Assembly: GCA_041687695.1 (NCBI GenBank) | Contig: JAWLBL010000008.1 | Coordinates: forward strand, 203,818 to 267,817 | DNA length: 64,000 bases | Reading direction: 5' to 3' | From: Myxococcota bacterium | GTDB lineage: Bacteria > Myxococcota_A > UBA9042 > PHBI01 > JAWLBL01 | In this document: piece after piece, positions 30,701-42,850 of the stretch | Layout of the letters: each line of letters begins with the position of its first letter | Position numbering within the stretch: the first letter of the stretch is position 1 | Made by a program: the position numbers and the translations under genes | The notes under the pieces: model-generated | Told to the model about the DNA's origin: nothing | Database searches by the model: none | Seen by the model: only the letters and a program-made list of their open reading frames with translations

Positions 30701-31954
30701 GATCGCCCCGCTCGGGCAGGGCGCGTCCCCCTCGGCGCACGGCGACACGCAGACGCTCTGCCCGTCGAGCACCACGCAGCTGCCCCCGAAGCAGTCGGCG
30801 TCGCTGCCGCACGGCTGGCAGCCCACGTCCGGTGGCAGCCCGCACTGGAAGTCGTTGTACGGCACGTAGCCTTCGTCGCAGCTGGCCACCACGCAGCGCG
30901 GGTTGGCCGCGTCGCCGTTGCACGCGCCCGCGCCGTTCAAGATCTTCTCGGCGCACGCGTACCCGCACGCGCCGCAGTGCCCGTCGAGCACGAACGCGCC
31001 GTCCACGGTGAAGTCCTCGTCCACGGCCCCGTCGCAGTCGTCGTCGACGCCGTTGCAGACCTCGACCTCGGGCGTCTTCGCGTCGCACACCCAGCCGCCG
31101 CCGCCCGCGCACACCGACACGCCGGCGCAGCTGCCGGCCGCGTTGTCGATGGAGCAGGCCTCGGTCTTGGGCAGCCCGTCGTCGACCAGGCCGTTGCAGT
31201 CGTTGTCCAGGCCGTCGCAGACCTCGGCCGTCGCCGCCGTCGCCGTGCAGCCGACCCAGCCCACCTCGGCGTCGCAGGTCTCGACGCCCATGCAAGACCC
31301 GACCTCGCTCTCCACGACGCAGGTGCGCTGCCCCCCGTCGAAGTCCGGCGTGCACGAGCAGCTGCCCGTCACGGGCTGACAGAACGACCCCTCGCGCAGC
31401 CCCTCCGGGTCCGCCCCGCACGTGTACCCGCTCGGGCACTCCTCCTCGGCCTCGCAGACGAACCCGCACTGGCGCTCGCCGTCGAGCAGCAGGCAGGCGC
31501 CGCCGTTGCACTGGAAGTCCTGCTGGCAGGGCGCGCACAGCTTCAGCACCCGCGGCAGGCACAGGAACACGACGTCCGCCCCGGCGGCCACGCCCTTGCA
31601 GTCGAACCCGTCCGGGCAGCTCTCCTGGCACGTCTTGGTGCACACGAAGCCCTGCTTGCCCTCGACGCACCAGCCGCTGAAGCAGTCGACGTTGCCCTGG
31701 CAGGGCGCGCCGAACTCGCCCGCGGCGACCGGCACGTCCTCGTCCCCCTTCGCGTCCGGCGGGTCGCCCACGTCCGGGACCTTGGTCACGTCGTGACCGC
31801 CGCCCTCGACGTCCCCGGCTCCGGCGTCCTTGCCCGTCGCCGTCTCGGCCCCGACGTCGCCGCCCTCGCCCGGCCCGGCGCCCGTCCCCGAGTCCCCACA
31901 AGCCGCGGCGACCAGGGCGACCGCGACGGCCCCCCACCTCAGCGCTCCCAGCAT
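27779..31954 (-). CDS. Large Cys-rich lipoprotein with CDGxDNDC repeats and a Gly-rich C-terminal region (paralog A)
   Basis: Lipobox AAAC; same architecture as the downstream gene plus an extra Cys-rich module; ends AADTNF. Confidence 0.85.
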   Translation of the reverse strand: MLGALRWGAVAVALVAAACGDSGTGAGPGEGGDVGAETATGKDAGAGDVEGGGHDVTKVPDVGDPPDAKGDEDVPVAAGEFGAPCQGNVDCFSGWCVEGKQGFVCTKTCQESCPDGFDCKGVAAGADVVFLCLPRVLKLCAPCQQDFQCNGGACLLLDGERQCGFVCEAEEECPSGYTCGADPEGLREGSFCQPVTGSCSCTPDFDGGQRTCVVESEVGSCMGVETCDAEVGWVGCTATAATAEVCDGLDNDCNGLVDDGLPKTEACSIDNAAGSCAGVSVCAGGGGWVCDAKTPEVEVCNGVDDDCDGAVDEDFTVDGAFVLDGHCGACGYACAEKILNGAGACNGDAANPRCVVASCDEGYVPYNDFQCGLPPDVGCQPCGSDADCFGGSCVVLDGQSVCVSPCAEGDAPCPSGAICGAAPDGELRCLPVTGSCTCNAATAGKKRSCQSDDVLGSCYGVETCDAEAGWTGCTAPAPAPEQCNGVDDDCDGLIDEELADEGAPCTNAVEGVGACAGVQTCFGPQGWKCQGPTPEAETCDFKDNDCDGEVDEDFKAGGQYAGFDHCGTCNLSCGAGFPNAAETACKVFGAQPQCAVETCEPGYTKLNEFQCIPNVATICQPCSTDENCLGEGAACVALAEGGFCGKACQTQGDCPDGYGCQDVGKASHQCVPSSGSCSCDGTNTDLARACSMTWTPPDPNQPAYTCKGSEQCTADGWGGCQLPVEACDGLDNDCDGAIDEGFKNAQGQYASVQHCGGCNISCLALQAPNTVPACKTSGAVPQCDYECVQGWYDVNGSPVDGCECKPVAGDDLAGDGVDSNCDGIDGDIAEGVFVTKNGDDAAPGTLEAPMLTVSAALARAFQTGKRDVYVATGVYSESVALQAGVGLFGGYSSDFTQRSPLLFETALIGQEPSAGKPGTVTAVNLGAASAPEPTVLDGFTVFGPNAANSPGANSYAIYLRNVGSKLLVRNNRVFGNAGGNGQPGGAGGDGTDGVGGAPGLDAKDIVTRSCAASNHTSGGAGGARTCSDGVAVSGGKGGDSTCPVYNSAPGAAEAGAAGAGPGAGTGGAAGVDARIQSNSDCYLCNTPSVGSHEGVIGKSGAAGTLGAAGPGCSATAGQIVAGHWVGTAGGGGVKGGHGGGGGGGGSGGGVEVTGGQCTGIPTAPASCCSSGGAGACSDSAIRSCVCAIDSYCCNTAWDSQCVAQVDSFGCGVCAGIGGDDLGGTGGGGGSGGCAGTGGQGGQAGGGSFGVFVTWDAAPASLPVIANNTIRRGAGGSGGAGGPGGAGGVGGAGAPGGGPGDVIGNHLFCASGGQPGGNGGQGGHGGGGGGGCGGSTWGLYVWQAGGSANLGAYKTGNSFVAGAQGGAGGAGGPSLGQSGTAGATGAAADTNF

Positions 31955-32075
31955 GGCTCTCTCCCTGCGCGTGCTCCCAAGCCCACAGGAGTACCACGGC
32001 GGCCGGCCGCCGTTCAAACCGGCCGGTCGCCACCGCGCTTGCCGAGCCCCCCCGTCTGGCCTAACTTCCGTGGCC

Positions 32076-32891
32076 ATGTCGAATACGCCGTCCAACACCC
32101 CCGGCGCCCCGCCGCGCGCCCGCACGCCCCGCTGGCGCTACGTCGTCCCGAACGCCATCACGCTCATCGGGCTGCTCATCGCGCTGACCTCGATGTTCCG
32201 CGCCTTCGAGGGGCACTTCGAGTCGGCCGCCTGGCTCATCGTGCTGGTCGTCCTCCTCGACAAGCTCGACGGCACGGCCGCCCGCCTGCTCAACGCGACC
32301 AGCGACATCGGCGTGCAGCTCGACAGCTTCGCCGACTTCGTCAGCTTCGGCATCGCCCCCGGCGCCCTGGTCTTCTCGATGATGTGGCGCGACCCGGTGA
32401 CCTTCGACCTGTGGTCCGGCGGCACCGCGGCGGGCTGGGCGATGCGCGGCCTCGTCGCCACCTACATCCTGTGCGCCTGCGTCCGCCTCGCCAAGTTCAA
32501 CGTCCTGTCCGAAGAGGTCGCCGACGACAGCCCCAAGGTCTTCTACGGCATGCCCACCACGCAGGCGGGCGGCATCGTCGCCGCGACCGTCATCCTCAGC
32601 CTCAAGTACGAGCTGGCCACCTTCGCCGAGCTGCTGCCCTTCGTGCTGGCCGGCCTGGGCGCGCTGATGGTCAGCAACCTGCCGCTGCCCAAGATCGGCC
32701 CCCGCAAGACCAAGGCGCTCAACGTCTTTCAAGGCGTCAATGTCGTCGCCGGCTACGTCTGCGGCATTCTGCGCATTCTTCCAGAATACCTTTTCGCCGT
32801 CCTCGTGCTCTATGCGGTCATCGGCTTCGGCTGGGGCGTCGCCCACCGCGCGGACCTCAAGCCCAAGCGCCTCGACCCGTACCCGACCTGA
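32076..32891 (+). CDS. pssA: CDP-alcohol phosphatidyltransferase (PssA-like)
   Basis: PNAIT, DKLDGTAARLLNATSDIGVQLDSFADFVSFGIAP, RLAKFNV, FYGMPT. Confidence 0.85.
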   Translation: MSNTPSNTPGAPPRARTPRWRYVVPNAITLIGLLIALTSMFRAFEGHFESAAWLIVLVVLLDKLDGTAARLLNATSDIGVQLDSFADFVSFGIAPGALVFSMMWRDPVTFDLWSGGTAAGWAMRGLVATYILCACVRLAKFNVLSEEVADDSPKVFYGMPTTQAGGIVAATVILSLKYELATFAELLPFVLAGLGALMVSNLPLPKIGPRKTKALNVFQGVNVVAGYVCGILRILPEYLFAVLVLYAVIGFGWGVAHRADLKPKRLDPYPT

Positions 32892-32912
32892 CGCCGCCCG
32901 GGCTCCGGTCCG

Positions 32913-33979
<1,067 letters not shown>

Positions 33980-33983
<4 letters not shown>

Positions 33984-35251
33984 TTGGCCCCAGGACCACC
34001 CGCCGGGCCCGTCGGGGTGGGCGTCGGCGCCACCGTGAGCGACACCGGCAGGGCGTCCACCGGGATCTTCTCGGGGATGGTCAGCGGCGGCGGAGCGCCC
34101 AGGTTCAGCCCGCTCTGGGCGTCGGTCGTGGCGCTGGCCAGCAGCACGCCCACCGAGATGCCCACCACGCCCACCAGGCGCATCAGCAGCGCGTCGGCCG
34201 CCCCGGGCAGCAGCGGCGGGCTGTCGTGCACCCGCAGGTGCGTGCGCGCGACCGACACCGCCATCAGCCCCAGCACCGCCGCCACCGCCGCCACCGCCGT
34301 CGGCACGGCCCCGGCCGCGACCCAGCCCGCGACGAGCAGCACGCTGGCCCCGGTCAGCCCCACCCCGATCCACCCGGTCGGGCGCACCCAGTCGGTGGCC
34401 TCCGCCGTCGTCGTCGCCGACGCGCGCAGGGTCGGCGTCTTGGGCCGCACGTTCAGCTGCCGCTCCCACTCGAGCCACTCGTCCTGCGTCGCCGCCGCCT
34501 CGCTGGCGACCGCGCGCACCATGCCGACCTTCACGGTCGCCGCCGCCGCGGCCGCCTGCTCGAGCGCCGCCAGGTTCGCCGCGTCGCGCACCCAGGGCAC
34601 GTGCGGCCCGCGCTCCTCGAGCCCTCGCCGCAGCGTCGCCAGCTCGTCGCGCCACGCGCTCAGCCGCTCGCCCAGCCGCCCCCCGCGCGGGTCGCCCTTG
34701 CCCAGCGTCTGCGCCGCCTCGCCCGCCAGCCGCAGGTGCCGCTCGGCGTCGCGCGACGCCCTGAGCGCCCGCGGCCACGCCTCGCCGGTCTCGCGCGTCG
34801 GCCCGACCAGCACCCTCAGCAGCGGCCGCGCGAAGGCGCCCATCGTGGCCTCGAGCCCGCGCCGGTCTCGCGCCTGCAGCGCCGCCGAGGACGCCAGCGC
34901 GCGCAGCCCGAACCCGAGCGCCAGCGCCGTCAGGCCGAACATCCACCAGGCCCCCAGGACCTCCTTGCGGAACGCGCTCGGGCCCTTGTCGCGCGCCTCC
35001 TCGACGGCCGCCCGCCACTGCCGGGTGAAGCCCACCTTCCAGCCGCTCTCGAGCGCCTCGCGCTGCTTGCGCAGCCGCTCCATCCGCGCCCGCTCGGCCT
35101 CGCGCGCCGCCTCGTCCCCCGGCGACACCAGCGAGCTCGGCTCGCGCGCGCCGGCGCCCGGCTTGGACGCTTTCGTCGGACAGCCGCTCAACCCGGCCGC
35201 CCCCAGCGCCAGCAGCAGCGCCACCCCGAACCCGACGACCGCGCGCCTCAC
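33980..35251 (-). CDS. Hypothetical membrane protein
   Basis: Signal or lipobox LSGC, several TM segments, GTGA overlaps on both sides. Confidence 0.65.
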
Positions 35252-36012
35252 GCCAGCTCCTCCATGGCCGCGTTCAAGTCGGCGATGGCGTGCCGCACCT
35301 CGTCGTCCAGGGCGTCGCGCTCCTCGGTCGCCAGCCGCTCCTGCCACAGCCCGATCTGCGCGCGCAGCCGCTCGACCCGCCCGACCAGCTGGTCCAGCTT
35401 GCGGTAGTAGCTCTCGCGCTGCGCCCGCGCCGCCGCGTCCGCCGGCCCCTCACCCTCGGCTTCGGCCTCCTCGAGCGAGCGGCACAGCTGGCCGATCTGC
35501 CGCGCCTGCCGCTCGGTCTCGGCCAGCGGCCCGCGCACCCGCTCGACCAGCTGCGCCACCATCGGGTCGCCGCTCTTGGCCAGCGCGCGCACGCGGTCGG
35601 CCTCTCGCTCCAGCACCTCCAGCACGTGCGCCGCGTAGCCGGTCGGGCTCCCGCCGCGCCGCCTGGCCGCCCACAGCGCCGCCAGCAGGCTGCCGGCGAT
35701 CCACATCCCCACCGCGACCAGCGCCAGGCTGGCGACCTTGCGCAGCTGATAGCCGTCCTCGGTGCGCTGCCGCGCCCACCGCTCGCCCTGCAGGCGCCCC
35801 GCCTCGGCCCCGGCGGCGCGGCCCTTGTCGAAGGCCTGGCACTCCAGCGGGTCCGCCGTCCCCTCGAGGCAGCCCGCGTAGGCCGCCTCGGCCTCGGCGA
35901 CCGGGTCGCCCGAGGACTTGCCGCACCCGAGGCCGCCGGCCGCGACGATGATCAGCGCGGCGAAGGCACAAGCGGTCCATCGCCGGGTTGTAAAGGCAGT
36001 GATGTTCAGCAC
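35248..36012 (-). CDS. Hypothetical membrane-anchored coiled-coil protein
   Basis: Lipobox-like GLGC, one TM segment, heptad-rich C-terminus; start re-picked at GTG 36012. Confidence 0.65.
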   Translation of the reverse strand: MLNITAFTTRRWTACAFAALIIVAAGGLGCGKSSGDPVAEAEAAYAGCLEGTADPLECQAFDKGRAAGAEAGRLQGERWARQRTEDGYQLRKVASLALVAVGMWIAGSLLAALWAARRRGGSPTGYAAHVLEVLEREADRVRALAKSGDPMVAQLVERVRGPLAETERQARQIGQLCRSLEEAEAEGEGPADAAARAQRESYYRKLDQLVGRVERLRAQIGLWQERLATEERDALDDEVRHAIADLNAAMEELA

Positions 36013-36172
36013 GCCGCCAACCTTTGCCGCCTTCGCCCCGTTTTGCAACCCGCTCGACCTCTCGCCGCCGGAACGTTGAGGGCCGGTGGCGCCCGGGAGA
36101 CAATGACCTCCCCACCTCGCGCATTCCCCCACCGCACCCCGCTCCACCCCGCCCCCACCCCAGGAGCACCCC

Positions 36173-37039
36173 ATGCACCCGCCCTACGTGCGTCTCGCGC
36201 GCGCGCTCGCCCCGTGCGCGCTCGCCCTGATGACGCTCGCGGCCTGCGACCGCGACGGCATCGACGCCCGCCCGCTCGGCCCCCTCCCGACCCATCCCGG
36301 CAGCGGCGTCAGCGATCCCATAGGCCAGCCCGCCTTCGGCCCCATCTCCCCCGTGGTCGACGTCATCGAGGACGCCGACGCCGCCCCGTCCGACGTGCCG
36401 ATCGCCGACGTCCCCCTCGCCGACGCCCCGAACGACCTCGGCCCCGGCGTCGAGCCCTTCCCCGGCGACGCGGTCTCGCCCTTCCCGGGCGACGCCGTCG
36501 ACCCCTTCCCGGGCGACGCCGCCGGCCCGTTCCCCGGCGACGCCGTCGGCCCCTTCCCCGGCGACGCGGTCTCTCCCTTCCCCGGCGACGCGGTCGATCC
36601 CTTCCCAGGCCCCGACGACGACGAGGTGCCCCCCGCCCAGGGCGCCGCCTTCCTCGACTGGCTGCGCGACGGCTTCTACCTGCAGTTCCCCTTCGTCACC
36701 GACCTCCAGCTCTCGCAGGCCCACGGCCCCATCCGCGTCTTCATGAACGAGACGCTCGCCACCTCGCGCGCCGCCGGCGGCCTGCCCGGCCCGGCCAACC
36801 AGCACCCCGAGGGCGCCGCCGTCGTCGCCGAGCAGTTCGCCCCCGGCACCCTGCAGTTCCTGGGCTGGCTCGCCATCGTCAAGACCCAGCCCGACAGCCA
36901 GTCCGGCCTCGGCTGGTTCTGGGTCCAGTCCTCTCCGCTCGGCCCGCCCGCGATCGCCCAGCCGGGCGCCGGCTCCTGCCTGGGCTGCCACAGCGTCGGC
37001 GACGACTTCATCCTGTCCACCTTCCCGCCGGCCCCCTGA
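36173..37039 (+). CDS. Lipoprotein with PFPGDA repeats and a C-terminal cytochrome P460/c'-beta-like domain
   Basis: AGGAG RBS, lipobox LAAC; PEGAAVVAE..AIVK..GWFW..CLGCH..DFI, with the heme motif near the C-terminus. Confidence 0.7.
   Translation: MHPPYVRLARALAPCALALMTLAACDRDGIDARPLGPLPTHPGSGVSDPIGQPAFGPISPVVDVIEDADAAPSDVPIADVPLADAPNDLGPGVEPFPGDAVSPFPGDAVDPFPGDAAGPFPGDAVGPFPGDAVSPFPGDAVDPFPGPDDDEVPPAQGAAFLDWLRDGFYLQFPFVTDLQLSQAHGPIRVFMNETLATSRAAGGLPGPANQHPEGAAVVAEQFAPGTLQFLGWLAIVKTQPDSQSGLGWFWVQSSPLGPPAIAQPGAGSCLGCHSVGDDFILSTFPPAP
36455..36610 (+). repeat. In-frame 24-bp tandem repeat (about 6.5 copies, PFPGDAVx)
   Basis: cccttcccSggcgacgcSgtc unit recurring every 24 bp. Confidence 0.9.
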
Positions 37040-37079
37040 CCGGCCCCTCCGCCCCCACCCGCCTGCCCTGGAGCGGCCC

Positions 37080-38087
37080 ATGCGACTCGCCTTGACCCGA
37101 GGGGCGGCCCTCGCCGCGCTCGCCCTCGCCGCCGCCACGATCTCGTGCGCCGGCGACCCCTCCCCCACGCCGCGCTACGTGCCCCTCGGCGGCCCCGACA
37201 CGCCCGGGACCGGCCGCTGCCCCGACGCCGAGGACATCGGCCTCGTGCTCGCCGTCTGGGACGAGGCCGAGGCCCGCACCCGCTACGTCCTGCACCAGGC
37301 CACGCTCGACCTCGGCACGGTCGGGCTGCCCTTCATCCCCGAGCCGGTCGGCGACGGCGCCCTCCTCGTGCCCATCACGCGCCAGCAGGCCGACGCGCTC
37401 GGCGCCCCGCCGGACGGCGCGCCCGTCTGGGTCTGGGCTGCGCTCGGGCAGGGGCCCTGCCAGATGACCCCGGACCAGTACTTGCTGGTCCGCGACCGCG
37501 ACCGCCCGGGCGTCATCGCCCTGACGCGCGAGGTCACCGGCGTCTGCACGGTGCCCTCGACCCCGGGCTTCGCCATCGCCGCCCGGACCCTCACCGCGCC
37601 CCGCGCCTGCGTGCTCGGCTGGCCCTCCGAGGTCGCCTCGTCCACGCGCGCCGACGGCCCGCCGATGGGGATGCCGCCCGAGGTCGCGACGCGCCTCGCC
37701 GGCGGCCGCTGTCCGGACCCGTGCGATCTCCGCTGGCGCGTCATGGGCGTCCCCACGGCCTTCGGCGGCGGCGCCTACGAGGTGACCGTCGCCGAGGTCA
37801 CGCCGGGCCCCACCGGCGGCCCCTGCGACGGCCGCATCGACGAGGACCGCTGGGTGGTCTACTCGACGCGTTACGGGGCCGGCGCCGTGTTGCCCGAGGC
37901 CGAGGAGCTCGTCGGGCTGCTGCACGACGACGTCGGCGTGCAGACGGTGGTCGCGCGTGGCGCGGGGCAGCTGCGGGTGTACGCGACCGACCGCGAGGGC
38001 CGCGCCCTCAGCCTCCGCGGCACGGCGCCGCTGTGGATCGGCCCGCTGCGGCCCTCGCTGACGCCCGAGTGCCCGACCACGCTGTGA
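37080..38087 (+). CDS. Hypothetical lipoprotein
   Basis: Lipobox TISC; paired cysteines. Confidence 0.7.
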   Translation: MRLALTRGAALAALALAAATISCAGDPSPTPRYVPLGGPDTPGTGRCPDAEDIGLVLAVWDEAEARTRYVLHQATLDLGTVGLPFIPEPVGDGALLVPITRQQADALGAPPDGAPVWVWAALGQGPCQMTPDQYLLVRDRDRPGVIALTREVTGVCTVPSTPGFAIAARTLTAPRACVLGWPSEVASSTRADGPPMGMPPEVATRLAGGRCPDPCDLRWRVMGVPTAFGGGAYEVTVAEVTPGPTGGPCDGRIDEDRWVVYSTRYGAGAVLPEAEELVGLLHDDVGVQTVVARGAGQLRVYATDREGRALSLRGTAPLWIGPLRPSLTPECPTTL

Positions 38088-38101
38088 CCACAGGGCGGTG
38101 A

Positions 38102-38874
38102 CTACAGCGTCAGCGCGCCTTCGGCCGACAGCGGCTGGTCGAGGGCGCGTCGGGTGCGCTCGCGCGCGGTCTCGAAGGCGGCGCGGCCGCGCTCCAAGTG
38201 GAAGGGGTCGACCCGCGGCAGGTCGCGCAGGACCAGCGCGACCAGGCCCTCGCGGCGCGGGACGGCCAGGGCGGGGCTGCCGCGGCGGCGCCAGGGCGAG
38301 CGCGAGGCCAGGTGGTGGAAGAAGACGCGGTGGCCGGCCGGGACGCCCGCGAGGCCGGGGCGGTCCAGGACGCCACCGTCCAGGTAGGGCCGGCCGCCGA
38401 TCCAGACCGGGTGGAACATGCCGGGGACGGTGCAGGAGGCCTGGATGGCCGGCGCGAGCGGGCCGGCGTCGAGGACGCGCGTCTTGCCGGACAGGACGTC
38501 GAAGACCGACACGGCGAGCGGGGCGCGGCAGCCGGTGAAGTCGGTGGTCGGCAGCAGCGACTCGAGCTTGCGGCGGAACAGGCGGCCGCGCAGCAGGCCC
38601 GGGCCGGGCCACGGGTCCCAGAAGTGGGCGCGCTCCAAGGCTAGCAGCTCGCGGGCGAGATCGGCGGCGTCCAGGCCCGAGGCCCAGGTGCCCGCGACCA
38701 GGGCGCCGGCGCTGGAGCCGGCGAGGCGCGCGGGGCGCAGGCCGGCCTCTTCCAAGGCCGAGAGCATCCCGCAGTGGGCGAAGAAGCCGAAGAAGCCCGA
38801 CGACATGGCCAGGGCGAAGGGCTCGGCGGCCAGCCAGTCGCCGAGGGTGGCGGCGCGGTCCGGGGCGGCGGCGC

Positions 38875-38878
<4 letters not shown>
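38102..38878 (-). CDS. Patatin-like phospholipase
   Basis: [11 protein letters not shown] glycine loop, GSSAG nucleophile, ASC..PG.F.P, YLDGG; GTGA coupling. Confidence 0.9.
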
Positions 38879-41235
<2,357 letters not shown>

Positions 41236-41287
41236 GGACGAGCTCCTTGGAGGCGGCGCGGCGCCCGAGGGTCCCGGCGGGGGACCG

Positions 41288-42202
41288 TCAGGTCGAGGCG
41301 GCCTCCGGGACCGCCTCGCGGGCGGCGCGGAAGGTGGCGAGATCGGCGACCGGGCGGCCGGGGCGCATCTTGCGCAGGCCGTAGGCGCGGCGGACGGCGG
41401 CGCGGGCGAGGACGCGCGTGGGGTCGACCAGACGGCGGCCCCAGATGGACGGCTCGGTGAGCGTCATCGCCAGCTCGGTGCAGCCGGAGACGACGACGTC
41501 GGCGCCCAGGGTCTCGATGAGGATCTTGGCGGCGTCCTCGAGGGCCTTTTTGTGCTGCGGCTTGGGCCCCAGCGCCTTGATGCCGGTCGCGCCGCGGCCG
41601 CCCCGGGCCTCGAGGCGGCCGTACAGGGGCTCCATGACGAGGTGCTCCTGCAGCGTCTCGCCGTTGACGAGGTCCTGCAGGCTGACCGGGCGCAGGCCGA
41701 AGGCCTCGAGGGCGTCGTGGTACAGGCGCGCCTCGAGCGTGCCGGTCGTGGCCAACAGACCCACCCGGGCGCCCTCGTGGTACTCGTGGATGAAGCGGGC
41801 GGTCTCCTCGACCATGTCGAGGATGGGGATGCTCGACGCCTCGCGCAGCCGCGGCAGGTAGTGATGGGCCGTGTTGCAGGCCAGGATGGCGAAGTCGGCG
41901 CCCGGGATCTCGTGCCCGCTGGCCGTCCGGCCGCCCTCGAGCCGCCGCAGGCTGCGCAGCAGCCACGGCATCGGGTCGGGCGCGCGCCCCTCCATCGCCA
42001 GCGTGCGGTCGGGCGTGGCCGGGATCGAGCTGAGCACCCACTCGGGGAAGTCCTGCTCGCTGGTGACGCCCACCAGGTCCCGCGCCGCCTCCAGCACCTT
42101 GCGCTCGACGTCCAGGTGGCTGAACGGCCCCATGCCGCCGACGATGCCGATGACCTGATGCTGCCGCGGCGGATACAGGGACGTGTCGCTTCGCTCGCTC
42201 AT
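41288..42202 (-). CDS. Aspartate/glutamate racemase family protein
   Basis: IGIVGGMGP, PDRT, ACNTAH, GLLATTGT, GCTEL (both catalytic Cys present). Confidence 0.9.
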   Translation of the reverse strand: MSERSDTSLYPPRQHQVIGIVGGMGPFSHLDVERKVLEAARDLVGVTSEQDFPEWVLSSIPATPDRTLAMEGRAPDPMPWLLRSLRRLEGGRTASGHEIPGADFAILACNTAHHYLPRLREASSIPILDMVEETARFIHEYHEGARVGLLATTGTLEARLYHDALEAFGLRPVSLQDLVNGETLQEHLVMEPLYGRLEARGGRGATGIKALGPKPQHKKALEDAAKILIETLGADVVVSGCTELAMTLTEPSIWGRRLVDPTRVLARAAVRRAYGLRKMRPGRPVADLATFRAAREAVPEAAST

Positions 42203-42464
42203 CGGGCTCCGGTCCCCCCGAAGGCCTCGGGGGCAAGGGCGTCACCGCCGCGTTCCGCGGGCCCCGACCCATTACCACACCGGGCCCGCGCACGAAAAAT
42301 GCAAATGCCCGTTCCCGCATAGAATTCCCCGTCGGGAGGGGAGGGGAGGGGGGCGGCGACGTCTCTGGAGTTCAGGGCCGGTGGTGGTCGCCGGGACGGA
42401 AGGAGAGTAGGTGGTTCGGTAGCCACCGGGGGGCGCAGTCGAAGGCCAATGGTGCTGGTCGGGA

Positions 42465-42553
42465 GGGGCGTCCGGGCCGCTTCGCGTCCCGCCGCTCGGC
42501 CACGGCGCCTGGGGCTGGGATGGTCGGGGCGCTGAGCTTGGGTGGCGTGATAG
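42465..42553 (-). repeat. Left copy of an ~89-bp inverted repeat
   Basis: Reverse complement aligns to 44522-44610; the ~60-bp core differs by 2 substitutions and 1 indel. Confidence 0.9.
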
Positions 42554-42704
42554 CTCGTGCCTATGAAACGGCTGCATGTCGGCCGTCCCGGGACGGTGGC
42601 CACGTCCGCGGCCGACGGGCCGCTTTCGGAGGGTGCGGCCCACGGCCGCACTTTCCGGCCTGGCCCCGCCCAGGCCGGGGCGGCTGAGAGCATGCGCGAG
42701 TCAC

Positions 42705-42850
42705 CCGCCCCGGGGCGGAGAACCCGTCGTCCCGGCACGGTCGACGGATCATGGCGCCTCGGTGCCCTGACTTCCGCCCCGGGGCGGAAGGTCGTCGTGC
42801 CGGGGCGGAAGGTCGTGGCGCCGGGGCGGAAGGCCGTCGTCCCGGGACGA
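42705..42850 (-). repeat. Short array of CTTCCGCCCCGG-based ~21-bp units, including a perfect 20-bp palindrome at 42771-42790
   Basis: cttccgccccggggcggaag is self-complementary; ccggggcggaagg recurs three times at 21-bp spacing; a further ccgccccggggcgg lies at 42705. Confidence 0.85.

Noticed and set aside
42295..42320. Sigma54 promoter upstream of the racemase
   Set aside because: Minus-strand GG...TTGCA spacing is 11 nt rather than the required GG-N10-GC.
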